Source of the DNA: Candidatus Krumholzibacteriia bacterium
Lineage (GTDB): Bacteria; Krumholzibacteriota; Krumholzibacteriia; JAJRXK01
NCBI GenBank assembly: GCA_041484665.1
Contig: JBGPIA010000001.1
Coordinates: 64,001-128,000 of the forward strand
Direction of reading: 5' to 3'
DNA length: 64,000 bases
Part shown: positions 9,882 through 19,621 of the stretch, piece by piece
Layout: every line of letters begins with the position of its first letter
Position numbering within the stretch: position 1 is the stretch's first letter
Program-made: the position numbers and the translations under genes
Notes under the pieces: model-generated
The model's input: the letters and a program-made list of their open reading frames with translations, nothing else
The model's database searches: none
What the model was told of the DNA's origin: nothing

Positions 9882-11852
9882 TCATCGGGCTGGATTTTGC
9901 AGGTCGATCCGCCGGATCCAGATCCCCTCAGCAACCTCGGGCCCGGCGGGCAGCTCGCGTGCGAGCTCGATCAGCGCGCGCACGGGGTCGGCGGCCGCGC
10001 TGGGTGGCCCCTCGAGCACGCCCCCAATGCCGCGCAGCTCGTCCTTGGCGCGGTCGGTCAGCCGCGCGTACTGCAGCGTCCGGCCCTGCTGCGGGCGCTG
10101 CACGGCGAGCATCTCCGTCTCGAACCCCACGAGCCGCTGGGGGCTGGCGAGGATCACCACGTGCTCGCGGCCGCCGGGGCTGGTGACCTGCCAATAGAGC
10201 GTGCGCCCGTCGCGCGCCCCCGGCAGCAGGTGCGCGACTCCGGCCGGCAAGGGATTCCCTGGTCCCACGCCGGTCAGGGGATACAGCAGGTACGACTCCC
10301 CTTGCTCGTCCTCGTCGATCACGTAGACGTAGACGCTCGCCGAGGCCACAAACTCCAGCGAGAGGGAATCCCCCACCCCCAGGCCCGCGCCCCGGGCCAG
10401 GCGCTCCCGCCGCTGCGCGCCGCGATAGAGCGCCGCTTGCGCCGTGTACGGGCCGATCACCGCCGAGACGTCCGCACCGCCCTGCGTCTGCGGTTGCTCG
10501 CCCTGGGTGCCGAGCATCGCAGAGCGGGCTGCGTCCCGCCGATGCCCGCGCACGGCGAACCAGGTCCCCAGCGCGCCGGCAAGCAGCACGACCCCCGCGG
10601 CGGCCGCGATCGCGCGACGCCGCGGCCACAGCAGCTGCCTCCACGCCAACGGCGCGCGAGCCGCGCCGGCGGCGGCGGGCGCGCCCGCCGCCGCGGCGAG
10701 CGCCTGCTCCAGCTCGCCGGCGCTGGAAAAGCGGGCGGTCGGGTCGTGGGCGAGCGCGCGCTCGACGGTCCGCACCAGGGGCGCGGGCAGGTCGGGACGC
10801 GCGTCGCGCAACGGGACGGGCGAGCGCCGCGCATGGGCGACGCGCAGCTCCGCGAGCGTGCTACCGCGCACGGGGTAGGCGGCGGTCGCCAGGAAGTACA
10901 GGAGCACGCCGAGGCTGTAGAGATCGGCGCGCACGGAGGCCGGCGCCCCTTCGAACAGCTCAGGCGCCATGTACATGGGCGTGGCCGCCCCGGGCCCGAA
11001 GTCCATGAGCACGATGCGGCCGCCCTCCTCGCGCATCACGTTGTCGGCCTTGACGTCCTGGTGCAGCAGGCCAGCTCGGTGCACCGCGGCCAGGGCGCGG
11101 CAGAGGTCGCCTCCGATAGCGAGCACCTCGTGGGCGCCCATTCGCCCCTGCTCGCGCACGATCTGGGCTAGCGTGCGTCCGGAGACGAGCTCCATCCAGA
11201 GGGCCACTCCGCCGTCCAGCTCCTGCGCGCCGTGGACGGTGACGACGTTGGGATGCGCGACGCTGGCCAGGCGCTGCGCCTCGCGCAGCAACCCGGCCCC
11301 ACGCCCGGCTGGCGTGGCCGGCTCGTCCACCCCGGGCGCTCCGCGCGGTGCGCGCGCGGTGAGGATCTTCAGCGCCACGTCGCGCTGCAGCTTGAGGTCG
11401 CGCGCCCGGTAGACCTGGCCATGGCTCCCGGCGCCGAGCGGCTCGAGGATCTCCAGCTGGTCGCGCAACGGGGCCAGGTCGGCCCTCGCCACGTCGGGCA
11501 GTCGCAGGTCGGCTGGCGCAGCGTCGGGTAGTGCCGCCCCCAGATCGCGCGAGCGCTCCAGGCGGTGCAGGTGCTCGATGCGCGCGAGCACGTTCAGCGA
11601 CTCGATCAGCGTGCGCTCCTCCCTCGCCGGTGAGTGCAGCGCCTCCTCCGTCCAGTCGACATCCGCTCCGTCGGAGATCGACACTGCGAGGCCAAGGACG
11701 CGGTCCCCGCTACACGGATCGCCGGTGTGTGGGTCGCCGCCGTGTGGATCGGCGCCCCGCGCATCGCCGCCGTGCACGTCGGCGCCGGGCGCATCGCCGC
11801 CGTGCCGGTCGGCGCCGGGCGCATCGCCGCCCCGGCCGTCAGTGGCGCTCAC
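9882..11852 (-). CDS. Hanks-type Ser/Thr protein kinase with TM helix and extracytoplasmic C-terminal domain (DUF4384-like)
   Basis: LGAGSHGQVYRA, VALKIL, HQDVKADNV, DFG, TPMYMAPE, DLYSLG; hydrophobic TM; C-terminal YVYVIDEDEQGESYLLYP. Confidence 0.9.
   Translation of the reverse strand: MSATDGRGGDAPGADRHGGDAPGADVHGGDARGADPHGGDPHTGDPCSGDRVLGLAVSISDGADVDWTEEALHSPAREERTLIESLNVLARIEHLHRLERSRDLGAALPDAAPADLRLPDVARADLAPLRDQLEILEPLGAGSHGQVYRARDLKLQRDVALKILTARAPRGAPGVDEPATPAGRGAGLLREAQRLASVAHPNVVTVHGAQELDGGVALWMELVSGRTLAQIVREQGRMGAHEVLAIGGDLCRALAAVHRAGLLHQDVKADNVMREEGGRIVLMDFGPGAATPMYMAPELFEGAPASVRADLYSLGVLLYFLATAAYPVRGSTLAELRVAHARRSPVPLRDARPDLPAPLVRTVERALAHDPTARFSSAGELEQALAAAAGAPAAAGAARAPLAWRQLLWPRRRAIAAAAGVVLLAGALGTWFAVRGHRRDAARSAMLGTQGEQPQTQGGADVSAVIGPYTAQAALYRGAQRRERLARGAGLGVGDSLSLEFVASASVYVYVIDEDEQGESYLLYPLTGVGPGNPLPAGVAHLLPGARDGRTLYWQVTSPGGREHVVILASPQRLVGFETEMLAVQRPQQGRTLQYARLTDRAKDELRGIGGVLEGPPSAAADPVRALIELARELPAGPEVAEGIWIRRIDLQNPAR
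11701..11831. repeat. 30-bp degenerate tandem repeat (about 4 copies) in kinase N-terminus
   Basis: GCATCGCCGCCGTG...GGCGCCGGGC units at 11761, 11791 and 11821, with diverged copies at 11731 and 11701; encodes GGDAPGADxH. Confidence 0.85.
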
Positions 11853-12462
11853 GGCTCATCTCCTCCGCCAACCGCACGAGCGCCCGCCCGACGGCCATGC
11901 GCGCCGCGTCGGCCGAAGGCTTGCCCAGTGTATCGGCGACCTCCGGATAGCTGCAGCCCAGCTCGATGCGTGCGATGATCGCCTCGCGATCGTGGGGATT
12001 CAGGCGCGTCAGCGCCTCCTCGTAGCGCTGCACCTGTTCGCGTCCGACGAGATCCTCCAGGGCTGACGGAGCGTGATCGGGCTCCTGCTCGGTCAGCGCG
12101 TTCACGCGCGGCGAGCGGCCCGCACGCCGGATCTCGTCGCGGATGCGGTTGGTCAGCCCCCGACGCAGATAGGCGTGGAACCCGCCGGTGGAGCGATGCT
12201 CGAAGGTGTCCAGCCGCCTGATGCTGCGCAGCAGCACCTCCTGCACCATGTCGCCGGTGTCGAGCAATCCGCGCGCGGAGGCGGGCAAGCGTCCGCTCGC
12301 CCAGCTCAGCAGGCGCGGGAGGTAGCGGGCGCAAAGGCGATCCAACGCGCCCGCGTCGCCGGCGCGCGCCAGCTCCAGCAGTTCGATGGAGGATTCGACC
12401 GGGGACGCGCGAGCCCGGTCCGAACGATCCGGCTCGCTCGCCCCGGCGTCGCTTGTGGCCAT
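11839..12462 (-). CDS. ECF RNA polymerase sigma factor
   Basis: ARAGDAGALDRL, DTGDMVQEV, NRIRDEIRR; region 4 SYPEVADTLGKPSADAARMAVGRA; overlaps kinase start. Confidence 0.9.
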   Translation of the reverse strand: MATSDAGASEPDRSDRARASPVESSIELLELARAGDAGALDRLCARYLPRLLSWASGRLPASARGLLDTGDMVQEVLLRSIRRLDTFEHRSTGGFHAYLRRGLTNRIRDEIRRAGRSPRVNALTEQEPDHAPSALEDLVGREQVQRYEEALTRLNPHDREAIIARIELGCSYPEVADTLGKPSADAARMAVGRALVRLAEEMSRERH

Positions 12463-12755
12463 GCAGTCCCACCACGCCGTTGGCACCAGCGTCCAGCATA
12501 TCGAAGCCCTCCGCCGAACAGAAGAGGCGAGGCGGACCGACCGCCTGCGCGGGGTCGCCACTTGGCGGACCGCCGCACTCCCCGAGAACGCTGGAATCGG
12601 TCAAGGCGAACGCGCCGCCCGCGCATGCTGCGAGCCGGTGCCTTGCCAGACCGCGGGGCCCCCGGCATATTGGGGCGTCGTCCCAGGAGGCTGCAGTGGC
12701 TTGGTTGCGCCGGCGTGGGCCCGCGGGCGAAGGTGGGGCGAGCCGTTCCCTTCTG

Positions 12756-13679
12756 GTGCGCCTTCTCGTCTACACCCTGATCCTCATGGTGCTGTTCGTG
12801 TGGCGTGTCCTGCCGGGGCTGCGGGCGCACTTTCCGGGCGGATCGCCCACCCCGGCCAACGACCGCGCGCTGGTGCTCACCGGCGGCGCGCTGGCGCCCG
12901 ACCTCGCGGCGCGACTGATCGCCCACTATCGGGAACTCTACCCCCTGATCGACGTTCACCTGCGGGGGGGAGGCACGCGCCAGGCCCTGGAAGAGCTGAT
13001 CAACGGGGACGCCGACGTGGCATTCCTCAGCCGCGAGCCCACCGCCGCCGAGACGGCGGCAATCCGGGCCGCCGGTGACTCGGCGATGACCTTCCCGATC
13101 GCATTGGGGGGAATCGCCGTGCTGACTTCCAAGCGGACGGACATCGACTCCCTCGCGGTGGACGCGATCCGCGAGCTGGCGCGCGGGGCCGGCCCGGCTG
13201 CGGGGAGCCGCGTGCGTGGCCGGCGTCTCTACGCGACCGAGCCCAATTCAGGGTTGTGGACGGCCCTGACCGCCCAGCTCGGGCTCCCCGACGCGCCCCC
13301 GTCCACCCTGGCCTGGGTCGGCGCCGACAGTGACGTGGTCGACGCCGTGGCGCGTGACGCCTCGGGCCTCGGCTTCGCCAGCACCCTGGATCTCCCGGCC
13401 GACCTGGAAGCGCGTGGGGTCAAGGCACTGTGGGTCTACCAGGGTGAGCGCGGGGCACGCGGCACCGACGCGCGTTCGTTGGCCGCAGGGGACTATCCCC
13501 TGATCCACTATTTCTATGTATCATGTCGTCCAAGCAGTGGTGCTCTCGCCTCTGGCTTCGTGACCTACTACTACAGCGGACAGGGACAGCGCCTGATCGC
13601 CCGGGAAGGATTCCTCCCGGCGCGCGAGGTGGGGCGCGACATCATCCTCACCCGCAAGCCGCTGGGCGAGCGGAGCTGA
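12756..13679 (+). CDS. PstS-like substrate-binding protein (start uncertain)
   Basis: N-terminal TM; GGGTRQALEELINGDADVAFLSR, PIALGGIAV, GDYPL...YYSGQGQRLI...GFLP. Confidence 0.8.
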   Translation: MRLLVYTLILMVLFVWRVLPGLRAHFPGGSPTPANDRALVLTGGALAPDLAARLIAHYRELYPLIDVHLRGGGTRQALEELINGDADVAFLSREPTAAETAAIRAAGDSAMTFPIALGGIAVLTSKRTDIDSLAVDAIRELARGAGPAAGSRVRGRRLYATEPNSGLWTALTAQLGLPDAPPSTLAWVGADSDVVDAVARDASGLGFASTLDLPADLEARGVKALWVYQGERGARGTDARSLAAGDYPLIHYFYVSCRPSSGALASGFVTYYYSGQGQRLIAREGFLPAREVGRDIILTRKPLGERS

Positions 13680-13708
13680 ACGATGACGGCCGCAAAGGAG
13701 AGCTGTTG

Positions 13709-15547
13709 ATGGTTCGTCGAGTTGCGTCGCAGGGGAGCGCTGCTAGCCGCACGGTCCGATTTGCTGCCTCTCTCTGGATGGGGTTCTCGCTCTTGGTGCC
13801 CGCCACGGCCCTGTGCGCAAAGAAGGAGTATCCGCCAGAGGCCAACCCCAACCGGCGCGGGATGGCCGCCATCGAGCAAGGCCGGCTGCCGGAGGCCCAC
13901 CAGCTCTTCGAGGAAGCCATCAGCAACGAGTTCGAGCCCATGAAGGCGAACTACGGCCTGGGGCTGGTCCACATGCGCCAAGGCGAGTTCCGTGAGGCCG
14001 AGCCGCTCTTCCGCAAGGCACTCTCCTTCCAGCTCACCGACGACGAGTTCCCCGACGGGCGAGCCTGGCTGGGCGTGGCACTGCTCCGGATGGGCCGCGT
14101 GCGCGAGGCGAAGCAGCAGCTGGAGCAGGCGCGACGTGCGGGTGACCTGTGGGTCGCCGCGTACGGGCTGGCGCGGCTGGCGATCCTCGAGAAGCGCTAT
14201 CCCGACGCCGAGCAGCTGCTGGCCAAGGGCGCCCAGGCCAAGGGGCTCAAGGAAGGCGAGGACCTCTACGACAGCGGGATGGCGCTCCTGCACTACGCCC
14301 AGTCGGACTACTCCGCCGCGGAAAAGCCGGCGATGGCGGCGATGAAGCTGAATCCCTCCGAGCCAGAGGTCGCCGCCCTGCTGTCGGACATCTACGTGAA
14401 GCTGGGTGCCCCGGAGCTTGCCGTGGAAGCCTACCGCGCTGCGCTGGACGCGCCGGGCACGATCCGCACGGCCCCCATGCTACAGGCCCTGGGCGCGGCC
14501 TACGAGAAGACGGGCAAGTACCAGGAGGCGCTGAAGACCTACGCCGAAGCCGCCCAGTTGGACTCACTCTACGCTCCTGCATACAAGAGCATCGGGAAGC
14601 TGTACGTGCGCGCGAAGAAGGAGGAGACGGCGGTCCCGTACTTGCTTCGCTATACGAAGCTGATCCAGAGCGACGCGGACGGCTACGCGGAGCTGTCGAA
14701 GGCCTGCTTGGCCATCCGCAAATACCGCACGGCGATCGATGCGGCGAAGCAGGCCTTCACGCTGGACAGCACGCAGGTGGACACCCGCCTCGCGCTTGCC
14801 CGCGCCTCGTTCTACGACCGCGGGAAGGGCCGTTCGGCCCAGCTCTACGCCACCGTCAAGGACACGTCGCTGTTCGACGCCGCCGACTACACGCGGCGGG
14901 GGCAGATCGCCTTGGACCGGGGCGATGTTGCGACGGCAAGCAAGCTGGTCGACAAGGCCGTGGCGATGGACCCCACCCTGCCCGATGCGTACGCGGCGCG
15001 CGGCTACATCGCCATGAAGGAGAGCAAGCTGGACGAGGCCGTGGGGCACCTCCAGAAAGCCGCCGAGCTCGCCGCGAAGACACCGGCGATCGCAGCGCGC
15101 TTCCAGCTCAACGTGGGGGTGGCTCTGCTGCAGATGAAGCGTACCAGTGAGGGGATCGCGGTCCTGCGCAAGGCGAAGTCGGTAGCGCCCGACGACGCAC
15201 AGATTCGCATCGCGCTGGGCCAGGCCCTGGTGGCCGTGGACTCGGTGGCGGTGGCGGCCAGCGAGTTCAAGGCGGCCGTCGAGCGGGAGCCCAAGAACGG
15301 CAAGGCCCTGCGCTTCCTGGCCTCGTGCCAGCTCAAGCAGTCCGCCTTTGCGGAAGCCGCGACGTCCCTGGAGGCAGCGACCGTCGTGGAGCCGGACAAT
15401 GCCGACGCCTGGGCGTTGCTGGGTCAGGTGTATCAGAACCTCAAGGAGGACGCCAAGGCGCAGGCCGCTCTGGACAAGGTCCGCGCCCTCAATCCGAATC
15501 ACAGTTCCTTGAAAGGCGGGGCGCAAACGGCCAAGCAGGCCCCCTGA
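13709..15547 (+). CDS. Secreted tetratricopeptide repeat protein
   Basis: AAAGGAG RBS; signal peptide; many TPR units (e.g. LGAAYEKTGKYQEALKTY, AWALLGQVY). Confidence 0.88.
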   Translation: MVRRVASQGSAASRTVRFAASLWMGFSLLVPATALCAKKEYPPEANPNRRGMAAIEQGRLPEAHQLFEEAISNEFEPMKANYGLGLVHMRQGEFREAEPLFRKALSFQLTDDEFPDGRAWLGVALLRMGRVREAKQQLEQARRAGDLWVAAYGLARLAILEKRYPDAEQLLAKGAQAKGLKEGEDLYDSGMALLHYAQSDYSAAEKPAMAAMKLNPSEPEVAALLSDIYVKLGAPELAVEAYRAALDAPGTIRTAPMLQALGAAYEKTGKYQEALKTYAEAAQLDSLYAPAYKSIGKLYVRAKKEETAVPYLLRYTKLIQSDADGYAELSKACLAIRKYRTAIDAAKQAFTLDSTQVDTRLALARASFYDRGKGRSAQLYATVKDTSLFDAADYTRRGQIALDRGDVATASKLVDKAVAMDPTLPDAYAARGYIAMKESKLDEAVGHLQKAAELAAKTPAIAARFQLNVGVALLQMKRTSEGIAVLRKAKSVAPDDAQIRIALGQALVAVDSVAVAASEFKAAVEREPKNGKALRFLASCQLKQSAFAEAATSLEAATVVEPDNADAWALLGQVYQNLKEDAKAQAALDKVRALNPNHSSLKGGAQTAKQAP

Positions 15548-15611
15548 GCGGCTTGCGGTGTTCGCCCGGATGCCCCGCCGCGAACCGGTCGAACCCGTGC
15601 AGGGTTGAACC

Positions 15612-15641
15612 TTGACAGAAAGGCAGCCAAAAACGTACATT
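15612..15641 (+). promoter_or_regulatory. Putative sigma70 promoter for the STAS-exbBDD-tonB operon
   Basis: TTGACA-18 nt-TACATT in an A-rich patch of the intergenic region. Confidence 0.55.
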
Positions 15642-16083
15642 GCCCCGCGCTTCGCGTGAGTCTTGTGGGCGGCACTTGCCCCGACCTGCAACAGGCTGTC
15701 TGCGAGTTCGCTCGCCAAGGCGCGCCGGAAATCGTGACTCGGGCAGGTCGCACATCCCCACTTCGACAGCCTCGGGCCCCCCAGGGCTGGTGACCGCCGA
15801 CGCCAGCCGCGGTGATGGGTGCGCGGGGTCCACAGCGTAGCGCCGGTCGTCGGCGCAGTGCAGCTGCGGCGCGCGAGCGTCGGTGAAAGCGATGGCTGGG
15901 CTTGCGGTGCACGGCGCCCAGACGGAGGACGACGCGGTAGTGACCTCCCTGGCTCGTGAGAACCCCGGGAAGCGGCCGCTGGCCCGTTGCAAGCACCCCA
16001 CCCGCGATCCCGGTGAGCCTGGGCAGGCAACCCCCTGCACCGGGCCGGCCGGGTGCTCCTAGCCGGTTAAGGAGGACACGCCC

Positions 16084-16434
16084 ATGAGCCTGGACCGCTC
16101 CACGGTCGGTGATGTGCACGTGCTCACGCCCAAGAAGAACCTGCTCGGAGGTCAGGAGACCCAGGCGCTGCTGGCGGCAGTCGACGAGGTCGCCGGGAAA
16201 GGCGACCCCCGGATCGTGGTCGACCTGGGCAAGATCTCGTATCTGAACAGCGTGGGTCTGGGCTCCCTGGTGAAGGCCAACACGAGCTGCATCAACCGCC
16301 AGGGATGGCTGCGGATCGCCCGTGTGGGGACCAAGATCAAGAACCTGTTCATCGTGACCAAGCTGACCTTCGTCTTCGACACCTACGACAGCGTCGAGGA
16401 AGCGGTCGCAGGGGCGAACAAGAACGGCTCGTAG
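16084..16434 (+). CDS. STAS-domain anti-sigma factor antagonist
   Basis: AAGGAGG RBS; IVVDLGKISYLNSVGLGSLV motif; 116 aa. Confidence 0.9.
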   Translation: MSLDRSTVGDVHVLTPKKNLLGGQETQALLAAVDEVAGKGDPRIVVDLGKISYLNSVGLGSLVKANTSCINRQGWLRIARVGTKIKNLFIVTKLTFVFDTYDSVEEAVAGANKNGS

Positions 16435-16473
16435 CCGCAACCCCCGGATTGTGGAGAGCAACGGAGGAGTTCC

Positions 16474-17196
16474 ATGAAGCGTATCGTGTTCCTCCCGATC
16501 CTGTTCCTGGCGGTCGGGATCTCGTACTTCGTGTACAAGTCGCTGCCTACGTTCATCCAGAACGGTGGGCCGCTGATCATCCTGTTGTTCACGCTCTCGA
16601 TCCTGGTGTTCACCTTCATCACCGAGCGCTTGTGGACCCTCCACAAGGCCGAGGGCAAGGGCAACATCACCGGCTTCATCCGGCAGCTGAAGAACACGGT
16701 CCATGGCGGACAGCTCGATCAGGCTGTGGAGGCCTGCCGCAAACAGGGTGGCTGCCTGGGCAACGTGGTGGGGTCGGGCCTGGAGTTCTACCACCTCAAG
16801 AAGGACGCCATCCAGGACCACGACGAGCTCATCGAGGAGACCCGGCGGGCCATCGAGGAGGCCAACGCGCTGGAGACGCCGCTCCTGGAGCGCAATCTGA
16901 TCGCGCTGTCGACCATCGCCTCCATTGCCACGATGGTGGGTTTGCTGGGCACGACGATCGGGATGATCCGCTGCTTCCACGCCATGGCCCGAGCCGGCGC
17001 GCCCGACGCGATCGGCCTCGCGCTGGGGATCTCCGAGGCCTTGATCAACACGGCCGGAGGGCTGTTCATCGCGATCCTCTCCATTGTGATGTACAACTAC
17101 TTCACCAACCGCGTCGACTCGTTCAACTACTCGCTCGACGAGACGACCTACGAGGTCCTCACGCTGCTCGAGCACCAGGCGTACAAGGGCGCCTAG
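16474..17196 (+). CDS. exbB: MotA/TolQ/ExbB proton channel protein
   Basis: IASIATMVGLLGTTIGMI, GISEALINTAGGL. Confidence 0.92.
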   Translation: MKRIVFLPILFLAVGISYFVYKSLPTFIQNGGPLIILLFTLSILVFTFITERLWTLHKAEGKGNITGFIRQLKNTVHGGQLDQAVEACRKQGGCLGNVVGSGLEFYHLKKDAIQDHDELIEETRRAIEEANALETPLLERNLIALSTIASIATMVGLLGTTIGMIRCFHAMARAGAPDAIGLALGISEALINTAGGLFIAILSIVMYNYFTNRVDSFNYSLDETTYEVLTLLEHQAYKGA

Positions 17197-17217
17197 CCCG
17201 GCGTCGAGGAGGCGGCA

Positions 17218-17658
17218 GTGGCCAAGGGCAAGCACCGGGTCGGGATCAAGATCGACATGACCCCCATGGTCGATGTCGCGTTCCTGCTCCTGATCTTCTT
17301 CATGTCGACGACGCAATTCAAACCGCCCGAGGAAGTCTCGGTCAGCCTCCCCTTTTCCAGCTCCGAGATCAAGGTGCCGGAGATCAACACGATCATCCTC
17401 ACCGTGAACAAGGACGGCCGCGTCTTCATCGGCGGCGAGCGGGGCGACGCGCGGGAGGTTCAGAAGGACAGCGACGGCGTGCTCAAGGCCATCACCGATG
17501 CGCGCACCAAGCGGCCGGGAGCTTACGTGGTCGTCAAGGCCGACAAAGGGGCCAACTACGGCCAGATGTGGGAGGTCATGGACGCCCTGGCCAGGAGCAA
17601 TACCCTGCGCTTCAACCTGATGACCGAGCTGCGAACCGACCGGGAGCGCGGCAAGTAA
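17218..17658 (+). CDS. exbD: ExbD/TolR biopolymer transporter
   Basis: IDMTPMVDVAFLLLIFFM, VVKADKGANYG. Confidence 0.92.
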   Translation: MAKGKHRVGIKIDMTPMVDVAFLLLIFFMSTTQFKPPEEVSVSLPFSSSEIKVPEINTIILTVNKDGRVFIGGERGDAREVQKDSDGVLKAITDARTKRPGAYVVVKADKGANYGQMWEVMDALARSNTLRFNLMTELRTDRERGK

Positions 17659-17669
17659 GGAGGTGAGCG

Positions 17670-18170
17670 ATGGGAGCACTGGACGCCGGTGAAGGCCGGC
17701 AACAGCCACAGAAAAAGGGAGGCGGCCTCCACCACATCAAGCGTCGTGCGGGCGTCCGCATCGACATGACGCCGATGGTGGACATCGCATTCCTGCTGCT
17801 CATCTTCTTCATGGTCACCACGGTGTTCCGCAAGCCGCAGGCCATGGAGATGAACCTGCCGCCGCACGACGTCAAGGTGAAGGTGGCGGAATCCTCCGTG
17901 ATGACGGTCTTCGTCGACCAGAACGACCGTGTCTTCTATCGGTACGCCAATGACCCGCTGGCTCCCGTGGAGCGCAAACAGCTCGTGCCGTTCTTCAAGA
18001 CGGAAGCGGCCAAGAGCGACAAGCTCATCATCCTCGTCAAGCTGGACCGTGCCGCGAAGTACGAGACGATGGTGAACGTGTTGGACGACCTCGAGTTCGC
18101 CGACATGAAGCGTTTCAGCCTGATCCCGATGACCGAGGAGGACCTCAACCTGGTCATGGCGCAGCCGTGA
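17670..18170 (+). CDS. exbD: ExbD/TolR biopolymer transporter, second copy
   Basis: IDMTPMVDIAFLLLIFFMVTT. Confidence 0.92.
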   Translation: MGALDAGEGRQQPQKKGGGLHHIKRRAGVRIDMTPMVDIAFLLLIFFMVTTVFRKPQAMEMNLPPHDVKVKVAESSVMTVFVDQNDRVFYRYANDPLAPVERKQLVPFFKTEAAKSDKLIILVKLDRAAKYETMVNVLDDLEFADMKRFSLIPMTEEDLNLVMAQP

Positions 18171-18229
18171 CACTGGCTGCGCGCCCCGGACGTGCGGCGG
18201 CTGCATCTTGAGGAAAGGCGAGGCGACCC

Positions 18230-19360
18230 GTGGCTCGCAAGATTCTCTTCCACATTGCGGCGCTGGGCGTTGCGGCCGCCCTGTCGGGCGCGGCGGTTCT
18301 CGTCGTGTCCGCCCAGGAAGGCGCGCAGGGTTCGCCACCGCCCGCCGCAGCCGCGGGTCAGGATCTCAACATCGAGGCGATCCTCAACACGAATGACTCG
18401 CTGTCGTTCTCCGCCTCGAAGATCGACGACGAGACGGTCGTCGAGCCGGACAAGGGCGAGGGATTCGTGCGGTCGATCCTCGATACCCCGTTCGGCGAGA
18501 CCAAGGCCGCCGACTTCCTCTTCCGCCGCAACGGCATCCTCTATCTCCTGATCGCCTCGGGAATCGCCGCGATCGGGCTCATGTACCACTACGGCGCCCG
18601 CGGGCCCACCGAGTTGCCCGTGCCCAGCCTGACCGTCGCCACCGGGCATACGCTGCCGGTGGTCGGCGAGGCGCACCCCGTTGAGCGCATGTCCATGAGT
18701 TTGTCGCAGCGGGCCGCTGCGATCGCGATCCTCGGCCACGTCATGATCTTCGGGGCATGGTTGGTGGGGCGCAACCTGCCCAAGACGGCTCCACCGCGCC
18801 GTATGCTGCGCTTCGTCACCATCTCCGAGCTGGCTGCCCCGCCCTCCCTCAGCGGAAACGACGCGCCACCCCCGGTGAACGTCCAGCAGGAGATCACGCA
18901 GCCTACCATCGGGCTCCCGGAGCCCGTTCCCGACTGGCAGGCCCCCGACGTGCAGCTCGCCACCCAGCAGGAGATGGCCAATTTCCAGACCCCCGGCCTC
19001 GAGGGCGTGGGCGAGGGCGGCGATGTGGTGGTGGTGCAGAACTCGGGCGACGTCCTCAATCTCGGGCGCGGGGGAGGGATCGTCGATGTGGACATGGGCG
19101 AAGTGCCGGTCCTGCTCAACATGCCCAAGCCCGTCTACCCGGAGATTGCGCGCACGGCCGAGGTCGAGGGTGTGGTCACGCTGCAGATCCTGGTGGGCGA
19201 GGACGGCCATGTGAAGGAGGTCAAGGTCGCCAAGGGCCACCCGATGCTCAACGAAGCGGCGATCGCCGCCGCGCGCGGCGCGACCTTCAAGCCGGCCACG
19301 CAGCAGAAGCACCCGGTACCGGTCTGGGTCGAGTTCCCGATGCGCTTCACGCTCTACTAG
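18230..19360 (+). CDS. tonB: TonB family energy transducer with N-terminal extension
   Basis: TM with His (AILGHVMIF), Pro-rich linker, C-terminal PVYPEIARTAEVEGVV...FKPA...PMRFTL. Confidence 0.88.
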   Translation: MARKILFHIAALGVAAALSGAAVLVVSAQEGAQGSPPPAAAAGQDLNIEAILNTNDSLSFSASKIDDETVVEPDKGEGFVRSILDTPFGETKAADFLFRRNGILYLLIASGIAAIGLMYHYGARGPTELPVPSLTVATGHTLPVVGEAHPVERMSMSLSQRAAAIAILGHVMIFGAWLVGRNLPKTAPPRRMLRFVTISELAAPPSLSGNDAPPPVNVQQEITQPTIGLPEPVPDWQAPDVQLATQQEMANFQTPGLEGVGEGGDVVVVQNSGDVLNLGRGGGIVDVDMGEVPVLLNMPKPVYPEIARTAEVEGVVTLQILVGEDGHVKEVKVAKGHPMLNEAAIAAARGATFKPATQQKHPVPVWVEFPMRFTLY

Positions 19361-19621
19361 GAGCGCGCCGCCCCACCCTCAGGGCCGCCGCCACGATCAC
19401 GATGGCCAGCCCCACGATACCGGTCGGCAACAGCGGGATCGCGGGCCGCCGGCGCAGCGCACTGCGCACGTCCCCGTCACCCACGAGCACGAACCCGGCC
19501 CAGTACCAGGGCTGTGACGTCTGCGGCTGCGCGCGGATCGCCAGGCTGGCCTCGCGCACTGCGGCGGCGGCCACGCGCGCGCCGCAAGCGTGGCGACGCC
19601 TCCGCCGCCCCACTGCGGCAT
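19347..19621 (-). pseudogene. Remnant of a CHAT-domain protein (C-terminal ~75 aa plus TM tail)
   Basis: AAVREASLAIRAQPQTSQPWYWAGFVLVGDG resembles the CHAT C-terminal motif; RBS-ATG at 19621 is out of frame. Confidence 0.65.

Noticed and set aside
15650..16080. Cobalamin or c-di-GMP riboswitch upstream of the TonB operon
   Set aside because: Consensus elements of these riboswitches were not found by eye
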